From Podarcis tiliguerta (Eukaryota), in assembly GCA_965153285.1 (NCBI GenBank), contig OZ229126.1: 64,000 bases of DNA, one strand, 5' to 3'. Positions 12,101-24,100 of the stretch are shown here, one piece after another. The position numbers and the translations under genes are program-made. Below the pieces are notes generated by a model that saw only the letters and a list, made by a program, of their open reading frames with translations, ran no database searches and had not been told where the DNA came from. How positions within the stretch are numbered: the stretch's first letter is position 1; each line of letters begins with the position of its first letter.

Positions 12101-15100
12101 TTGCTTGCCAAAGCAACATGTCTTCAGAGACTAACAGCTCTGGGTAGGAGGGCTTCCGAGTTGGGAACAAGTCAGGCTACACATAGCATTTTTAAGTGTC
12201 CAGTGCTTCACATAAGATTGTTGGGAGGATTACGGAGAATACCAAAAGGAAGAGATTGTGAGTGAGTAGCTTGTCTAAGGCTGTCCATGGAGGAGGGCAG
12301 CTTAGTTGGCTTAACAGCCCCACTCTGACTCCTTCAAGGAAGGCTGTGGCTGGAGGAACTGCTTTCTTCTCCTGCTGCCCAGGCCTTAGTTGGTCAACAT
12401 TTTGGTGAAGTTTATGCCTGTTGCTTCAGCAGAATGATCAGACATTTATATTAGAAATATACAGTTTCATGATTCCACGTGTTCTTAACTTTCATGTGTG
12501 TAATTGTGAATTCAGAACTGCCCTGAGTAATATTGTATTCAACGTGGCAGGAAATGAAACGAAACAATGATTCAGAGTACACAGTAGAGCTTGCTTTGAG
12601 ATCAGTCATCCTTGATTCTCTTATCCAGGAATGTCACCCTCTCTCCTTGCCTGCCTTGAAACTCTGGGCTCTTCTCCCTTCAGGCAAAAGGCAACTTCCT
12701 TGTCCCAACAGCCCTTTGCAAACAATTGGTCTCTTGTCTTGGCGTTTCATTTTTATTTATAGCTGGATGTTAGAATAGTCTCCTCTGAACTCTTGAGGCT
12801 GAAGATGAGTACCTTTGCTTCCAGGCTAGTTGCTGCCTAAGCAAGTCTGTCTGAATTGTTGGCCTCATCTTCCAAGCATGAAAGGTCTCCCACTAAATCC
12901 TAGCTGAAGCCTATCCAGTGCTAAGTAGAGCATAACTTGCAGCCCGCAGTAACTGTAGCAAACAAATCTTCCATTTCTTTGCTTTCAGAAATGGGTCTGT
13001 TACCAAAGGCTGAAACAAAGTGAAGTTTTAACTTGGGGACATTGTGTTTTCTCCACTAGCTAGAAAGAAGCTGCAAACAAATTTTCAGGCCGCTCTTAAA
13101 TGTCTTTAATTGCTAGGTGCATGGCTGCAGGGTGCGCTAAGCATGGAAGGCAGGGATGCAGTATAAATAGCACTTGAATTCTGTTCTTAAAATGCTGCCC
13201 CAAGAAACCTGCAATTCCTACGTAAATTAAATAGAGCAAGCAAAACTTGTGTAATGTTTTTCTTGCACAGCACTGCTAACTACAGAAAATGGCAAGGAGC
13301 TGTGCAGGGCTTGATTTTTCCCCTGGAAACCCACTGCTGTGTTCTTGGTCCAGATCAAAGGCCTTCCCGTAATTGAATACTGAAGGGTGCATGCACCCTT
13401 ATCTCCACCTTACACCTGCCTCTCTTCATCTTACCCTAATCCCTCCCCCCAGGTGCTGGTGTTGGGGAAATCGAGGTAATCATCCAAGATCCGACTGGCA
13501 AGAAAGGGACAGTGGAGCAGCAGCTGGAGGATAAAGGCAATAGCACCTACCGCTGCACCTACAAGCCCACTCTGGAGGGCACCTACACCATCTACATCAC
13601 CTTTGGGGGCATCCCCATCCCCCGCAGCCCATATACGGTCACCATTGGCCAGGGTGAGTCTCCCATCTGGCACGGGGCTTCTTGGTGGGGTCTCTTTTAA
13701 CCTTAACACCACTGCTGCTGCTTGGTTTCCTCTTTGTGGCCAGAAGGGGGGTGGTTCTTTGTTCTGCTCCTAACGCTTCTCCTCTCCTCTCTGCCTACCT
13801 CCACCTGTCCTGGCCCAGCTCTCCTCTGCTCTGTCCTCTCTTCCTCTGAAGAGCCATCTCCCTGGATCTCTGCTGGCACTCATCTCCTCCCAGCTGCTCG
13901 GCGCCTGGATCCAGGGCCAATGGTATTTCACTCTTGGCAGGTGTGGGTGGGGACCTGTGGCAAGGGTGCATGTTGCTTCTGTCCAGGGGAGCAGCCTATG
14001 GGCTTGAGATCCGGCCTCCCTCTCGTGGGTGGAGCTAGTTGAATGCCTGGTGTGTTAATGATGGCAAAGACCCACCCAGTTGGGAAAACTGGAATTCTAC
14101 TTGGACTCGATAAGGACGCTCACCCTCTCTGCCACCCTCTCTCTGCTGCTACAGCATGCAACCCAAATGCTTGCCGGGCCGTGGGTCGAGGCCTCCAGCC
14201 CAAAGGTGTCCGAGTGAAGGAGACGGCGGATTTCAAGGTCTACACAAAAGGCGCTGGCAGCGGAGAGCTCAAAGTGACAATAAAAGGCCCAAGTAAGTCC
14301 AGTGTGTGTGTGTTTGTCTTCCCCACCCTCTGTGTTTCAGACATGGGAGGGTGGGATTTGCACTTAACCCAGAAGCTCTGCCTTTTGGCCTGGAAGCGCT
14401 ATAATCTAATTTGTGTGGGGAATGTTGGGAGCCTGATGACACTTTGCATAGGCTCAGAGGCATTCGGGGTGCAGCTGCTGCACATGTCTTAAAGCAGACC
14501 CCTAGCTTGTATGGTAATGCCCCTTTGGAAGGCAAGCAGTATACTGCAAAGCCCATCTGGCTAGTGCATGCCCAGATCTGTTTGGGGAACAGGAAGAAAC
14601 TGCAGAGCAGTATTCAAAACACCCATTGTTCTAGGCACATTTTGTGACAGGGACTTTCATTAGTGCAAGAGGTTTCTGAGCTCTGGGCCCAGAACTGTGC
14701 CTAAGATTTCAGATTAAAACTGCAGAGTGGAAAGAAAGGAGGACTTTTTTCTGCCTCCCCACTTCCAGCTACTCTCTGAAGACTGGAGAAGAGACCCTCT
14801 TAAGAATATTAGGGGGTGGGCAGGGGAAGGACTAGACCATGTGAAAAATGAACATATTTTAGCTGCAGTTCATCTTCAGCTTTGTATTGTTATAAAAAAG
14901 TGTGCCTAGCCATTCCCTTGTTGTGCCCATAACCTAGGTTTAATGTGCCATTTAGCTCCTAGCCTTCATAACTCAGTTTCTAACACGGCTGCAGAGTTAT
15001 TTATTACCAATGGGGGAACAGGCTGATTGCACAGGAGGCTGTTGCTTCTGTTGTGCTGGGGCATCCATTGATGGGGATGTGGTGATTTGGGCTCCACTGA

Positions 15101-18100
15101 CTCTCAGACATGGCAAGCTCTAGAAACACTTTGAAGCCTAAGAAGCTCTCAATCTCGCTTGCTTGCCCATGGACTGTTTTAAAATTCTTGGGTCTTACAG
15201 CAGGAAGTTCTTCTGGTGCAAGTGTAATTGGTCTGTAGGAGGGGCTGATGGTGGCATTTGTACTTTGTGCAAGCATGGAAATGTGCTGAGGCAAGGAAGC
15301 AAAGCAGTAAATTGAGTGCCTGTTGTGGAGTCATGGCGGGGCAAGCAGAGCTACAAACCACTGTAGAAAATATAATTGGGTTCTTGTCTGGGCTGGAAGG
15401 AGAGGCTGCTGCAATGCAGAGAGGTATGTGAATGATGGAGGAGCTGGATTTTGACAGTTCTAACCCTGGGTTCAGACCGCAAGCATTCAAAGCAGAGGTT
15501 GGGTAACTAGACCTCAGGCAGACTTCAGGAGCCTGAGACATTTGTCGGAGCTGAAGATCTCTCCCAGCTGGAAGATAACATCTTGAGAATGTGACTGCAT
15601 ATTATTCCCTTGGAGGCTGTAGCCTGCAAAGAGCCCTCAAGGGATGCCTGGGTTTGTCGGTGGTGGGGATCAGAGCGCAGTATAATGTTACAACATCCAG
15701 GACTCTTTGGAGCTGCCAAACGCAAGCTGTACTTAAGCTGGTTGCAGCTGTGTGTCAGTGTTTTGATCCAGGCCCCTTCCATGGGGCTTTGGTGTAAGGG
15801 CTGCAGTTACTAGAGAAGTGTGATGGGGGAATTGAATGCAAATGGGCACCAGGGTGAGGGGAGACCTGAGTCCCACCCACCAGCTGCACCTCCTTGCCAA
15901 TGTGAGGATGATAAGAAGCTGCTGGTTCCTTTAGCTCAGTATTGTCTAGCCAGGGGTGGGGAATCTTTTTGAGCAAACCCTGTGGGCAAACCTGTCAAAG
16001 TTGACCAGCAGGAGCAAAGGGCGATAGCGGTCAAATGTGATCGAATCCCCTGCACGTTAGCTGATGAGTTCAGTCCTGCTTTCTGCAGGAAATCTAGCTG
16101 AGTCTTTACCTGCCTCACACCTGACATTGCATATGGTGTCAGGTGTGGGCAAATGGGCATGGTTTGGGGAAAATGGCCTTGTAGGACAGATTTCGCCCAT
16201 GAGCCAGAGGTTCCCCACCCCTGGTCTGAACTGATGGACAGTGACTTTCCAGGACTTTAGACAGGGCATCCCTGGAGACACCAGGATTTGAATTAGGGAC
16301 CTTCATGCATGCAGAGCAGATGTTCTTTCACTGAGCTACAGTACTTCACCTGTGAAGCACTCCCAGTGGCAACCTATAAGGCAGCATTCCCATTGTATTA
16401 TCTTGCCTTTCCTCCAGGGTGCTCAGAATAGTGTGCATAAGAGTTGAATCCTCCTTTTTGTTCTCTACTATTTGGGAGTAAGACTTTGGGATAGTGACTG
16501 AGATCAGGTATATTCCGTGTGCTTCATGGACCTAGTGGGCATTTGACCCTAGCAGCTCTCCCTGGGAGCCGTGCTGAGACTTATGATAAATGTGATGTAC
16601 AAGAACTCATTGGCTTATCTTCTGCAAGGTGAGGGCATGCATGCATCATCTTCCCTGGTGAGATGTAACTGGCAAGTATATGGGTTTTGTTTTGCTTTTT
16701 CTGTATGTTGTGAAGTTCCTTCCGCCCTCAACCACCACAATCTCTTCCCACAGAAGGACTTGAGGAACGTGTCAAGCAGAAGGACCTGGGTGATGGGGTG
16801 TATGGTTTTGAGTACTACCCCACAGTTCCTGGCAACTACACAGTCACAATCACTTGGGGTGGGCAGCACATCCCCCGCAGGTAAGAAGTGGGAAGGCTGG
16901 GGGGGGGGGAGAACCATTTCCATCTGAGAGAGAGGAGGGGGGGGGATGCTTGCTGAGACTCAGGGAGATACTATGAGTTATAAGGGTGCCTTGAATCTCT
17001 TCCTTGCCTTGATCCTTCCAGCATTCAACCTGATGGTCTCAGCTGTAGAGTTTTCATTTCATTTATATTTGAATAATAATTTAGATACTACTTTTCAGTC
17101 CTAAATAGAGGTCCCCAAACACCTTATTTCTGAGGCCTTTTAGTATGTGCCCCCCTCCCCAAGGGAGGTCTGGAGGGCGGCAGCTTGAGAACGGCCCTTT
17201 TCGGTGGTGGCTCCCTGCTTGTGGAATCCTCTCCCTAGAGAGGCATTCCTGGTTACCCTCTTTATCAGTTTATGGCAAGAGGCAAAAACTTTTATTTTCT
17301 CCCATTTGTTGCATCTTCCTTGCTCATCTTCTAGACCTGTCTTTTTATATCTTATCGGTGTTTTGGTTTTTTATACTTGGTTGAAATCTTTGTTTTATAA
17401 TTCACTTTGGGCCAGTTTCCATGAAAAAAGCAACTAACATGCTGTGAACCACCCTGGGAGCTTTGGATCAAGGGTGGTGTACAAATTTAATAAATGTAAG
17501 AAATAAGTAAAATAAACAGACCGCACAACTAAAATCCTAGGTAAAATACACTTAAAAACAGAGCAGATTGGGGCTTTGATTCCAATTAACCAACAGGAGA
17601 GCCGGCCTGGCTTCCAGAGGGGGTGCAGTATGTCTCCTCTTCTGGGGGAATGAGTGTTCTCTTTCAGCCTGCAGACTTACAGATGTTCCCGTGTTTTGCA
17701 CATTTCCCTGAGGGGTGAGAGGGGCAAACACAATCTGCTACTCAAGAGATTTATAACTAGGCAAATAGACTAGGTAGGACTTAATTGGGGACCCGTGTTT
17801 TTTGGGGGATGGGTGGCTGTCCAACCACAGCAATAGTTCACAGGGCCTGACTAAGGCATTTGCTGCTTAAGTGGAGCAATTGATGACTCCGCCTCCAAGC
17901 CTAAGTGCTCAATCAGCCAAGCTGTTTTGGCACCTGAGGCAGAAAATCCCACAAGGGCCACTCCTTCTTTCCCTGGCAGTGTACAACATAGCTGTAATAA
18001 ATTAACCATTTGCAGTCCTTTTGCGACACACAAAACCAGCTGGCCCCTCGGTCTAATGATAGGGCTGGCCTCCTGCAGCTTTCTTGTTCTGTAGTCTGAT

Positions 18101-21100
18101 ACCTCCTCATGTGATGTCTTGCAAGTGTGCTTGCCGCACTGCTGGAGCAAACTGGAGCAGGCAAGTTTCATTAGCAAATCGGCCTGTTAAAATAATCCAT
18201 TTTATCTTAAGGCTGAGATTGAACATTAATGTTTTTTATTCCCTCCCTCCGCCTTTTTTCTTTTAGCCCATTTGAGGTAAAAGTGGGAACGGAATGTACA
18301 AACCAGAAGGTGCGGGCCTGGGGGCCAGGCTTGGAAGGAGGCGTGGTCGGCAAGTCTGCTGATTTCGTGGTGGAAGCCATTGGTGATGACGTTGGCACGC
18401 TAGGTAACCGGCAAAGTTGGGAGAGGACCAGTGGCTTGGCGTTTATGGCATTGGTGTTTACGCAATGCGTAACTGACTTGGGGAATTCATTGTCACAGTG
18501 TGGTGGCCTCCTAGCTTAGATGGCTCCAAAGCACTTCTCAGTCAGCATTGGCCTTGACGCTAAATGGAGCCTCCAGGTTCCTGGATGGTATGACTTGGTG
18601 TTCAGGGAAAAGGGACAGTCAGGGGACCAGTAACATCCTTACCTGGGATCTCTTTGCCTGAGGAAGCCCACCTGCCCCTTCAGCTGCAGTCACCTTGGGC
18701 AGCTTCAGCTCTTTGCTTAGGTGGAGCTTTGTTTAGCCACCTTTTTTACTTTTACCTTGTCTGTGTATTCAAAAATTGTTTAAATGACTTTCATTTGGTT
18801 CTAAGCAGCCTTCAGAACCTGTGTAGAATTAGTAGTCAGCCTTAGACACCGATAGGCTATCAGTGTTTAAGCTAAATACAAGCAGCTGAAGTCTTCAGGA
18901 TAACGTAACTGTTGTCTAGTGGCCGCGATAGGCATTTCCGATTGTCAGTTTAACTGTGAGCTAATGCCTGGTTCTCCATGTGCTCTTGGCAGGCTTCTCT
19001 GTGGAGGGTCCCTCGCAGGCCAAGATTGAGTGTGATGACAAGGGCGATGGCTCCTGCAACGTGCGCTATTGGCCCCAGGAGCCAGGCGAATATGCAGTCC
19101 ATGTGCTCTGCAACAACGAAGACATCAAGCTCAGCCCCTTCATGGCGGAAATCAAAGCTGCTCCCAAGGACTTCTACCCAGAGAAGGTAAGTGTCTGCAT
19201 GAAGGAGACTCCTTTTGGGATGGTGCATCCTGGCACTCTTGTGTGTCTGTGTATAGGGCTGTGAGGGAAGCAGAACTGAGAACCAGTAACTGGCCCATGT
19301 TGGTGGCTTGAGAGCTCGTCACAACCACGTCTGTAGGGGTGTCTTGCCAACTGCTCTTCCTGGTGTGAGCATACGCATTATTGGAAAGTTGATATTGGCT
19401 GTAAAGGTTCTAGGCCTTATGACTGTGAAAGAGCTTGGGGTAGTTGGAGGTCACAGTTAAGGGAAGGGTTGAGTGGTGCTTCTGGTTGAGGAGTGGCAAT
19501 GGTAGAAAAAGGTCTTCAAGCACATTGTCCCTTTTGGCAATCCAAGCTTTTATTTTGATTTGCTGTCAGCCAGTGGGGTTCTGCTGTCCTTCTTCCCACC
19601 ACCAAGTGCTCATGATGGGGATTGTGCAAGATTAGCTTGAGCTACATGGGAGTAGCATCCCCAAAAAATTTCCAGCATGGAGTTGTGTGCTTGGCACAGC
19701 TCTCACAGCCTCAAGTGTTGTGTCCATGCTCCAGCCATTCCTGCTGAGTGAAGGGACCCCCACCCACTGTTTTTTAGCCGTAAACCTTATGATGACCAGT
19801 GCAGTGTGTTCTAACTGTGCAGAAGTTGCTTTGGAGTTCACACCTCTCTTCCAACCCCTCTCCAGGTCAAAGCCCATGGTCCAGGCTTGGAGAAAACGGG
19901 CGTTGCGGTCAACAAGCCAGCTGAGTTCACGGTAGATGCCAAGAGTGGTGGAAAGGCTCCCCTCAAAGTACAAGTGCAGGTGAGACTTGGCGCTTGTGCT
20001 ATGGAGGGGGCATAGCTTTATCTCGTGCTGTCGCTATGCAGAATGGGAGAAGAGGCTTCCAGGATGCTGATCTTACCACAGAGGACTACTAGGGAAGTGT
20101 GCCGGATGCTAAGCTGCTCCTGTTTTTGTTTCTCCATTGCAGGACTCTGAAGGATCCCCTGTGGATGTCTCTGTGAAGGACAATGGCAATGGCACCTACA
20201 GCTGCTCCTACCTGCCCAAGAAGCCCGTAAAGCACACAGCGATGGTGTCGTGGGGCGGAGTCAACATCCCCAACAGTCCCTACAGGGTTGGTGTTCTCTG
20301 TATTCCACCCCCCCCCCCCCAAATCACACTCTGAAAGCAAAGGACGGATGGATAGCTTAGTTGGTTAGAGCGTGGTGCTGATAACACTAAGGTTGCATAT
20401 TCCTGCATTGCAGGGGGTTGGACTAGATAACCCTCAGGGACCCTTCCAACTTTGTGCTTCTTTGTGTCTTTCCCTTACCAAGTAGCTAAATAAACTTATT
20501 TCCCCTTGCAAGCAGATAGCTAGATCAGGTGTAGACTATAGCTGTCTGTGTGCAGGGTCTTACTGGGCTGGTGTGCTTGTTGTGTAGATTTTTTAATTAC
20601 TAATCACATGTTACATCACATTGTTTTTCCGTCTCTCGCTCTAGGTCAACGTTGGTGCTGGCAGCCACCCCAACAAAGTGAAAGTGTATGGTCCTGGTGT
20701 GGCCAAGACTGGCCTGAAGGCTCACGAGCCAACCTACTTCACAGTGGACTGTGCAGAAGCCGGGCAGGGTGAGTCCAGAAGTCACCTGGAGTCCAGGCCA
20801 AGAAGCCCCAGGGCAGGACTGGTCATGCTGGAAACACAGACTGATAAGCTGGTTGTCTTCTGTTGATGCCCCCCCCCCCCCAGAGCTGGAGGGGGAAGCT
20901 CAGAGGGTGCTTCGTTCTGGAGGGTAGACACTGTGTGCAGAACTGCAGGGGGCTTGCTCTGGCCCACTGCCCCAGAACGGAGTCCATAAACAGTGGGCTC
21001 GCAACTTACACTCACGTTACATACACAATCGCAACCTATGCGGGTGGGTGAGAAAATAAATAAATGGAGAGCAGGGCAAACTTGCCAGTCCCCCAGTCTC

Positions 21101-24100
21101 TTGGTTTATTTATTTCCTCCCCCCGCCACTCAGCTGGTTTTTCTTGCTCACTGGGATCAGGGCAGGTCGCAGGAGTGTCCTGGGATGCTCCCTTCCCAGA
21201 GCCCAGGATGCGGCCCTCTGTCTTGTTGAGGTGCTGGTTTCCTGACTTTGCACTACTTTTCTTTGTGTGCGGACAACGTCAACTGGAACCGAGCCCTTGG
21301 GCCAACTCTAATGAGCTTCACCAGGTCCTTGTCCCTGGCCTTACTACAGCCTCTACCTTTTAAAATAGCAAAACAAGAGTCTCTGTAACAAATTCTTTCA
21401 GTTGAAACCCATTCACTTTCATCCTTTGAGGCCACAAAAGCTTATGCCATAATAAATTTGTCTGTCTAAAGGCTGTCACAAGACTTCATTGTACTGTATT
21501 TGTTCCCAACAAGCTGGCACAGCTACCCTTCTGTGTATATTTTTACCTTTTTTGAGACTCCTCCAAAATATATCCCAGTGGCTTTAGCCCCCAATGGCTA
21601 AGTGGAGTGTCCATGTTGGAAGCACTGCCCTTCTGGCCCCATAAGCGGCTTGTGTCATTGTACATGTTGCCTACTATTGGGGAGAGAGGATGCTGCACTT
21701 TGCATCAGAGTTTGTCTGCCGCATTGTGTCTTCTTCATATTCTGTTGGAGTGGCTGGAGCAACCCAGGCAGATGGGTGGGCTTACAAGTAATTACAAGTG
21801 GTGGAGATTGTCAGTTAAGTGGGAGTAGAGAAGGGGTTGCCCTTGGTCTCCCTCCCTCTTCTTCTGCTGACAGCTAAGGAAACAATAGACAAAGTTGTGC
21901 AATCTGTTCCTGCTCCCTCTGCAGAGATCAGCTGCTCCCTTTATTGCCCAGTTCAGCAGATCCTTTTGTATCCTAATAGCTGTTGCTTGCTGCCTCATTT
22001 AATGTTTAGAAGCATTGACCCTTTAGAGTTCCTGTAATTCGGAGGGCTCTCCAGGGCTATGCATCCTACAGTGCAGGGTGAGGGAGAAGTAAGGAGAAAG
22101 GGAAGAGCCATGCTTCCCCTGACCCCCAACACTCACTCACTCTTGTGCTTGGACCAGTGGCATAGTGTTGGTTGCCGGCACCTGGAGAGAGCGCTTGCCA
22201 GCCCAACCCTCACCACCAACGCCAACGCCGGAGCAAAGCAGGGCTGCCCTGAGACTCTTGCCTGCCTGCCTGCGCAGGGGGGATCCTAGCCAGGGGGGAT
22301 CCTTGGCGAGTGGAGAGAAGCACTGAGGTCAAAAATTGTGTGCCTGGGGCCATGGCACCCCTGGCACACTACACCCCTGGCTTGGGCCACACCAAACCAT
22401 GGCTTTAAGGTCTCCAAACATGCTTTAAGGCTTCCAGGCTTTTGCTCCCTGCTTGGCATTTCACCTTCTAGCTACAGTGGCCTGCAAAAGTGGAGCAACA
22501 GCTATCAACTGTGCCTTATCTGTTTCAATGCTAAATAATAGCTAAACTTCCTTCACTGTTGTCTTGCATTAGATCTAAGTCAGGCCACACTCTAATACTG
22601 TTTAAGTGTGTCCCTGAACAGTCATTGGCAATGAGATGAGCAGTCCTTTTTTGTTTTTATCATCATTCTCTTTCCCTCAAGGCCTCTTCCCTGTTAGTTG
22701 CTGACTGCTCCTCTGTCCATGAGACACAAGGCCATTGTTGCATATGAAGCTAGAAGTGCCTTGAGTTATTTACCCACTCCATGGACATGTATGGCTTGCT
22801 GGGTTTTCTTTGCTGTCATTTTGACAGTTGTGGTTTTCCCAAAGGGTTCTGGGCATTATAGTTTGGGGAGGATGCCAAGAAACCTATAGCCCTCCCTTGC
22901 AGAAGTCACACCCCACACCCCAGCAAGCCTGGATGCTATAGGACAGAATGCTGGCCTCTGTTGCCAAACTGAAACCTGGTCATGAAGACTCTTCCTCTCT
23001 ACTTCGGTGGACTCCTTAAACTACTTGGAATCACTTCCTATTGTGTTCAGTAGGGCTTACTTTCAGGTCAAGGTTTCATAGTACTGCTGCCTTAGGTCAT
23101 GATCTCACACTGCATCTCCATCAGAGGCCAGGAATGATTATGGTGATTCCCTTCTCTCCACTCCAGCTGCAAACCTTTGGAGCCAGTCAGTAGCTAGGTG
23201 TTACTTGAGTACCCACCTGTTGCCTTCAGTATTAGAGACCTGCTACACCAGGAACGTGGGTGGCGCTGTGGGTTAAACCACTTGCCGATCAGAAGGTCGG
23301 CGGTTCGAATCCCCGCAATGGGGTGACCTCCTGTTGCTCGATCCCAGCTCCTGCCAACCTAGCAGTTCGAAAGCACGTCAAAGTGCAAGTAGATAAATAG
23401 GTACCGCTCCGACAGGAAGGTAAACAGCATTTCCATGCACTGCTCTGGTTCGCCAGAAGCAACTTAGTCATGCTGGCCACATGACCCGGAAGCTCCCTCG
23501 GCCAATAAAGCGAGATGAGTGCCACAACCCCAGAGTCAGCCACGACTGGACCTAATGGACAGGGGTCCCTTTACCTTTACACCAGGAACAGGGAACTCAT
23601 GATCCTCCAGATCAGCAGGTCTCAACCTGTGGGTCCCCAGATGTTGTTGGACTACAACTCCCATCATCCCTGAGCTCTGGCCTTGCTAACTAGGGGTGAT
23701 GGGAGTTGTAGTTCAACAACATCTGGGGACCCACAGGTTGAGAAAGGCTGCTCCAAATGGTGGTGTTGGACTACAACTCCCATCTTCCCTGACCACTCGC
23801 TGTTTTGATTGGGGCTGATGGGAGTGGAAGTTAAATGCCACCTGGGGGGCCACAGGTTCCGCATCTCTGTGCTGCACCTTTGGGAAGGCCACAATAAAGC
23901 AACTGGGTTCCAGTTAAAGCTGCTGTCTCACTCCCACTTCTTGCTTCTTAAAAGGTGACGTGAGCATCGGCATCAAGTGTGCACCAGGCGTTGTGGGCCC
24001 AGCAGAGGCAGACATAGACTTTGACATCATTCGGAATGACAATGACACCTTCACAGTCAAGTACACCCCCCGCGGTGCTGGCAGCTACACCATTATGGTG

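Noticed and set aside
20345-20400. tRNA-Ile gene
   Set aside because: No T-arm/B-box or 3' acceptor stem; fused to a LINE tail, so it is a SINE.
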